From: Dehalococcoidia bacterium
GTDB taxonomy: Bacteria; Chloroflexota; Dehalococcoidia; Lucifugimonadales; UBA3495
Direction of reading: 5' to 3'
Assembly (NCBI GenBank): GCA_030740155.1
Contig: JASLXV010000003.1
Span: 1-11,619, forward strand
Length of the DNA stretch: 11,619 bases
Shown: in pieces, positions 7,682-11,619 of the stretch
Position numbering within the stretch: position 1 is the stretch's first letter
How the letters are laid out: the number at the start of each line of letters is the position of its first letter
The notes under the pieces: generated by a model
What the model saw: only the letters and a program-made list of their open reading frames with translations
The model's database searches: none
Told to the model about the DNA's origin: nothing
Position numbers and translations under genes: made by a program

Positions 7682-9055
7682 ATGATGAAGGCCGTCCGAG
7701 CTTTGACCAATCATCCATTGATCAGATCCCTCCTCGTACTACTCCTGCCAGGGTTGTCGTTGAAGCGATGGCTTGCCCTGGGAGTATTGGGCCTGGCCGC
7801 TGTCGCCATTGGCATAGTGTTCGTGCTCCAGCTTTCAGTCGGACCCCGATTCCAGTCCTTCATGGGTACCCTGAGCCTCCAGGCTGCCCCGTCGGCGATC
7901 CGGGGCGGGGTTTTCATTGGGCTCGGCGTCTTCGTGGTCGGCGGTGCATCCCTCGGCTTGCTCAACTCGCTCGCCGGAGCCTGGTCGCGAAGAGGGCATT
8001 GGGCACTCCTGGACCTCTTGTACATCGAGAGGGTGTTGGGCGCCGGGCCGAAGATTGTCGCCCTGGGGGGCGGCAACGGGCTGCCCAGCTTGTTGCGGGG
8101 CTTGAAGCACTACACCTCCAACATCAGCGCCGTGGTGACCGTTGCCGATGACGGTGGGAGTTCCGGAAGGCTCCGATCTGAGCTTGGAATCCAGCCCCCA
8201 GGTGACATCCGCAACTGCCTGGTGGCGTTGGCCGACTCCGAAGCGGTGATGCAGCAGCTCATGGACTACCGGTTCTCGACCAACGGCCAGCTCGATGGCC
8301 ACAGTTTCGGAAATATCTTGATCGCTGCGTTGGCCAGGATCGGGGGTGATTTCTACAGCGGCGTGGAAGCCGCCGGAGACCTTTTGGCGATTCGCGGCAA
8401 GGTGATCCCGTCCACTCATAGCGATATCATACTGATCGCCAGCACCGTCTCGGGCCAACGTTTGATCGGCGAGTCCCGGGTGGGCAATGCCCCCGACCGG
8501 CTCAAGTCGATCGCGATCGTGCCACCGAACGCTCCGGGGCATCCTGACGCCGTCCACGCGATCGAAGAGGCCGACCTGATACTTCTCGCCCCGGGCAGTC
8601 TCTTTACCAGCATAGTGCCCAACCTGTTGGTGCGTGACATAGCCCAAGCGGTGGACCGTTCTCGTGGCCTCAAGATATATGTCTGCAACGTGGCCGAGGA
8701 GATGGACCAGACCGTGGGCTTTTCGGTCGGAGACCACGTGAGCGTGGTGCGCCATTACTCGGGAGACAACTCAGTCGACGCTGTTATCGCCAACAGCAAC
8801 GTGCCCGAGGGGCCTTCGCCCGCCGGACTCAACTACATCGCGCCCACGGCCCCCAGGCTCGATGACCTGGTATACGTGGCGGCTGATGTGATCGACGAGG
8901 CCTACCCTGCGCGTCACGATCCTATCAAACTGGCGGCCACTATCGCCGCCACCTACCAGAAAAACCGGGGGAAACGGAAGCGCCTGCCCCGCTTGCGGCG
9001 CGACTTGCCGCCGAAGCCGAAAGCCAACAGTCTTGGCAACGGCCCGGCCCGGTAG
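7682..9055 (+). CDS. yvcK: YvcK/GlmR family (UPF0052, CofD-like) UDP-GlcNAc-binding gluconeogenesis factor with N-terminal transmembrane extension
   Basis: KIVALGGGNGL..LLRGLK, VTVADDGGSSGRLR, PPGDIRNCLVAL, GHSFGN, PGSLFTSIVPNL, RHDP.KLA; two hydrophobic N-terminal segments. Confidence 0.93.
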   Translation: MMKAVRALTNHPLIRSLLVLLLPGLSLKRWLALGVLGLAAVAIGIVFVLQLSVGPRFQSFMGTLSLQAAPSAIRGGVFIGLGVFVVGGASLGLLNSLAGAWSRRGHWALLDLLYIERVLGAGPKIVALGGGNGLPSLLRGLKHYTSNISAVVTVADDGGSSGRLRSELGIQPPGDIRNCLVALADSEAVMQQLMDYRFSTNGQLDGHSFGNILIAALARIGGDFYSGVEAAGDLLAIRGKVIPSTHSDIILIASTVSGQRLIGESRVGNAPDRLKSIAIVPPNAPGHPDAVHAIEEADLILLAPGSLFTSIVPNLLVRDIAQAVDRSRGLKIYVCNVAEEMDQTVGFSVGDHVSVVRHYSGDNSVDAVIANSNVPEGPSPAGLNYIAPTAPRLDDLVYVAADVIDEAYPARHDPIKLAATIAATYQKNRGKRKRLPRLRRDLPPKPKANSLGNGPAR

Positions 9056-9094
9056 CTAATCCCAGGCGAACACGTCACATTTCAATCACTTCGA

Positions 9095-9277
9095 ATGAGC
9101 GCAACGATCCCAGCGGCTGCCGCGCAACCTCTCACTCCAGTGCCGTCCGTGGTTGTCGATAATGAAGGTGGCGCGCTACCGGTAGCGGCCGTCGCCGGCA
9201 TCATCGTGGGCCGGGTCGCGGCCAAGCCCGTGGCCATTTTCATCAACTTGAGGTGGCGAAGACAACAGCTCGCCTAA
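9095..9277 (+). CDS. Small ORF or remnant resembling a C-terminal membrane anchor
   Basis: Pro/Ala/Thr-rich linker, GG, hydrophobic run LPVAAVAGIIVG..VAIFI, basic tail RWRR. No clear SD. Confidence 0.25.
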   Translation: MSATIPAAAAQPLTPVPSVVVDNEGGALPVAAVAGIIVGRVAAKPVAIFINLRWRRQQLA

Positions 9278-9307
9278 ATTGCCGGCGGGCAGGTTGCGCC
9301 AAAGTAT

Positions 9308-10003
9308 ATGGGCGAACTTCAGGTCACCATCGTTCTTCCGACGTACAACGAGCGGGAAAATATACCGGAGTTGTTCGAGGGGATCGCCGATGCCTTGAAT
9401 GGCAGGTGGACCTACGAAATAATCGTGGTGGATGATAACAGCCCCGACGGTACCGCCGGGGCCGTCCGGAGTCTAGCCGGCCGGTATCCAGCCGTGAGGC
9501 TGCTTGAGAGGCCTCACAAAGCCGGGCTGGCTCGTGCAATCGCCGCGGGCTTCGGCATGGCCAAAGGTGAACACTGGGTCATGATGGATGCGGACCTGTC
9601 CCACCGGCCGCCGGACCTGGCGCAGCTATTAGAGGGCCTTTCTAGGTTCGATATCGTGATTGGCTCGCGATATATCGAGGGTGGCCGGATCGTGGGATGG
9701 TCTTTTCACCGGAGGGTCGCCAGCAGGTTGGCGGCGGCTGTTGGACGGTTGTGGCTGGGACTAAGCGTGCGCGACGTCACCTCGGGGTTTGTGGCCTTCC
9801 GAAAGGAGGCCATCGCACCCCTGCTGCCGTCACTTGAGCCCAAAGGTTTCAAGCTGCTGTTGGAAATCTTGGTCAGGGCCCGCACCGCGCGGGTCTTGGA
9901 GGCTCCAATCTCATTCGTCGAACGGCAGCATGGCCGGTCCAAGTTCTCGGGCGGAGAGGTTGTCGCATTTCTCCGCCTCTGTCTCCGGCTTCGCCGTCGC
10001 TGA
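9308..10003 (+). CDS. GT2 glycosyltransferase, polyprenol-phosphate mannose synthase (DPM1/Ppm1-like)
   Basis: IVLPTYNERENI, EIIVVDDNSPDGT, MDADLSH, VIGSRY, DVTSGF, GFKLLLE, FVERQHGRSK. Confidence 0.92.
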   Translation: MGELQVTIVLPTYNERENIPELFEGIADALNGRWTYEIIVVDDNSPDGTAGAVRSLAGRYPAVRLLERPHKAGLARAIAAGFGMAKGEHWVMMDADLSHRPPDLAQLLEGLSRFDIVIGSRYIEGGRIVGWSFHRRVASRLAAAVGRLWLGLSVRDVTSGFVAFRKEAIAPLLPSLEPKGFKLLLEILVRARTARVLEAPISFVERQHGRSKFSGGEVVAFLRLCLRLRRR

Positions 10004-10389
10004 AGCCCGGTTGGGGCGCCGGAGGCTTGGGCGTACCCGGCGCCTTGAGCAACGCGGTAGAGCGAGGTGTGCGCTCGCGTACGACCTGCCGGCGCCTTCA
10101 CCACATCTCAAACAGAGTGTGCGCGATGCACAGGTCTCCCAAGAACTCCGGGGACACCACCCGCCGGACGCTCCACGGAGGACCCAGCGGATGAAAGGGC
10201 TGCCCAAGAGGCCCGACGCCCGCCGTCGGGGAACTGGCCCATGTTGGGCCACCACAGCGCGCAGGGCATCCCGAGGATCTCGTCCAGCGGCATCCCAGGT
10301 AGTCGCATAATGAATTGATCTGTCATATACTCTGATAGCGGGGTGCGTCGGGCCTTCGGCGGCTGGCGACCGCATCGCCGGGGACTCCG

Positions 10390-10425
10390 TGGGGTGTAGC
10401 TCAGCGGGAGAGCACCTGCTTTGCA
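10390..10425 (+). tRNA. 5' half of tRNA-Ala(TGC), truncated after position 37 (pseudo-tRNA)
   Basis: tGGGGTG-TA-GCTC-AGCGGGA-GAGC-A-CCTGC-TT-TGC-A gives the acceptor 5' strand, D arm, 5' anticodon stem and anticodon TGC (10422..10424). No 3' half with T-arm and CCA found downstream. Confidence 0.8.
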
Positions 10426-10610
10426 TCTATACAGCCGTCTACGGTGTGGCTGCGTAGCTACAAAACCCTCCAAAAGCGTCCAGTTATCTGCTGTCATAAC
10501 AGCATCTGCTTGGCAACAAATCCTCGCCCATCCCCTAACCCGAACCAAGGCCGCTGATACTATCATTCGAATCATGCTGGCAGGTCTGCCCGGTGCCCTC
10601 GAACCTGACC

Positions 10611-10672
10611 TGACCTGCCCCCCAAAACTGGCCCAGGTGTAATGTTAGTAACCTGGGCCGGAGAAAGGGGGT
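10611..10672 (+). mobile_element. IS3-family left end, interrupted before orfA
   Basis: TGACCTGCCCCCCAAAACTGGCCCAG (IS3-type IRL pattern), inverted repeat GGCCCAGGT/ACCTGGGCC (10630..10659), SD-like GAAAGGGGG, then an abrupt junction with another IS end at 10673. Confidence 0.55.
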
Positions 10673-10737
10673 TGTAGACCGTCAGCGATAATGGGACACA
10701 CCTGCTCCTTTCTGGAAGTAATTTACCGTCATTCCAG
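10673..10737. mobile_element. Fragment of the same IS family as 1..140, in a rearranged MITE-like arrangement
   Basis: 10673..10700 is the exact reverse complement of 113..140, while 10692..10737 is a direct match to 23..68 at 42/46 nt. Confidence 0.72.
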
Positions 10738-10924
10738 TCTATGTCATCGACCTAGAAAGCTATGTTGGTGATACCCTTCTCGTCAAATTTTGTGGGATTA
10801 CCGCCAGCCTGATCCGGATGAGGTGCTGGGTTACTTGAACAGCTTCCGCATGGCCTTGCCGGTGGCCTTCCCGGCTAGGTGCCCATGCCCGGGGTTAGCA
10901 AGACACTGATATTGACTATCTATC

Positions 10925-11218
10925 TCAGAGCGCCATTACACTAAATGGGAAACACTGGTTTCTAATTCTACGTATCACAAAACCATCCGCCACGGCTATA
11001 ACAGCTATAACAGCCGCTCCAATCGGAAAACTGATGGGCAGAAACATGATGGCTTCCGGGCCGTCATGAATATACGCAAACAGATGAAACAAGGCCGATC
11101 CTAGGATTGCGGATATTAGTACAGCAATCCAGGGTTTCTTTATTACAAGATTGAAGACAATGCTAACTCCGAAGCCTGTTAAGAGGAGGCCTATCAGACC
11201 GACAGACCCTTCATCCAT
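10925..11218 (-). CDS. Small hypothetical membrane protein (about 3 TM helices)
   Basis: 97 aa with three hydrophobic segments and a basic RRIR tail; SD GGAG 7 nt before ATG; visibly AT-richer than core genes. Confidence 0.65.
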   Translation of the reverse strand: MDEGSVGLIGLLLTGFGVSIVFNLVIKKPWIAVLISAILGSALFHLFAYIHDGPEAIMFLPISFPIGAAVIAVIAVADGFVIRRIRNQCFPFSVMAL

Positions 11219-11286
11219 GTGGAAACTCCAATTTGAAATCCATCTTAATACTAATTTAGCTGATGCGATCTAGACACCGTCCCCTC

Positions 11287-11488
11287 ATGGGCCACTTACC
11301 GGTTCAAGCGGGGAGACCCGGTTATCATCGTCTCAGGGCGCTGCGAAGGGCACCAAGGCGTCGTTGACAGCGCCGTGTTCCAGAGGACCGTGGACTACCC
11401 CGACGAATTTGCACCCGGGTATCACGTGGTGCTAGAAGACGGGACGGTGGTTACGGTGAGGTGGGACCAAGTGAAGCCGGGCAACTGA
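11287..11488 (+). pseudogene. Standalone KOW-motif (SH3-like barrel) small protein with +1 frameshift after the start codon
   Basis: Frame 11291..11488 reads ATYRFKRGDPVIIVSGRCEGHQGVVDSAVFQRTVDYPDEFAPGYHVVLEDGTVVTVRWDQVKPGN*. FKRGDPVIIVSGRCEGHQGVV fits the KOW pattern. The only upstream start is ATG 11287, separated by one extra G (ATG-G-GCC). Confidence 0.65.
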
Positions 11489-11504
11489 CCGATTCCAGAA
11501 GCAA

Positions 11505-11547
11505 GACTCTCGCTTAGCTACCTGTTAGATTGTCCGGGTCCACCTCA
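11505..11547 (+). mobile_element. Degenerate IS3-family right end
   Basis: GACTCTCGCTTA..CCTGT..GGGTCCACCTCA shares the subterminal and terminal motifs of 2149..2203 and of the minus strand of 11551..11605. Confidence 0.55.
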
Positions 11548-11550
11548 ATC

Positions 11551-11619
11551 TGAGATGGACCCAGTCAGTGGGACAGGATTTGGGCGATATTAAGCGAGAG
11601 TCCCGTCGCTCCTGCATAA
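11551..11619 (-). mobile_element. IS3-family right end, element continuing beyond the right edge
   Basis: Minus strand CGGGACTCTCGCTTAATATCGCCCAAATCCTGTCCCACTGACTGGGTCCATCTCA ends in CA and is 46/55 identical to the end downstream of the transposase remnant (2149..2203). Confidence 0.72.

Noticed and set aside
10015..10044. Intrinsic terminator after the GT2 gene (GGCGCCGG/CCGGCGCC)
   Set aside because: The 8-bp stem is real, but the loop is 14 nt and there is no U-tract.
10580..10618. SRP RNA on the minus strand (CAGGTCAGGT)
   Set aside because: No GGAA tetraloop or AGCAG motif; the match arises from the CCTGA repeat at the IS end.
102..10642. Numerous overlapping and antisense ORFs in the track (e.g. 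397..1002, 1907..2497, 5775..6461, 7835..8755, 9911..10426)
   Set aside because: Shadow ORFs of GC-rich genes or frames crossing IS/tRNA remnants; no recognisable motifs.
113..10700. Composite transposon bounded by the perfect 28-bp inverted repeats
   Set aside because: The repeat tips (140 and 10673) face inward and the IS-internal sequence lies outside the interval, so they do not enclose the central genes as cargo. The same holds for the ends at 2203 and 11551.
1..11619. CRISPR array, tandem repeat array, reverse transcriptase, integrase or defence genes
   Set aside because: No regularly spaced repeats and no such protein motifs seen on either strand.

Overview
GC-rich bacterial window; gene content and IS ends suggest a Chloroflexota-like organism, which is inference only. 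It begins and ends inside IS-end sequences, as expected for a contig broken at repeats. The left half is a redox/catabolic cluster: an amidohydrolase-3 (YtcJ-like) whose first codons come from an IS end, an OYE/FAD NADH:flavin oxidoreductase, an Fe-ADH/maleylacetate-reductase-family enzyme and a classical SDR. A collapsed hisG pseudogene follows (frameshift plus large internal deletion), then yvcK (glmR-like) behind a near-consensus sigma70 promoter and a DPM1-like GT2 glycosyltransferase. A 5' half of tRNA-Ala(TGC), cut right after the anticodon, marks the start of an AT-richer accessory segment. That segment holds nested IS3-type ends, a small membrane protein, a frameshifted standalone KOW/SH3-like ORF missed by the ORF track, and two IS right ends abutted tail-to-tail 3 bp apart. 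Two weaker candidates are 5' fragments of group II introns. I see no complete new system; the best leads are the half-tRNA boundary, the IS-end architecture, the KOW mini-protein and the non-canonical active sites in three clustered enzymes.
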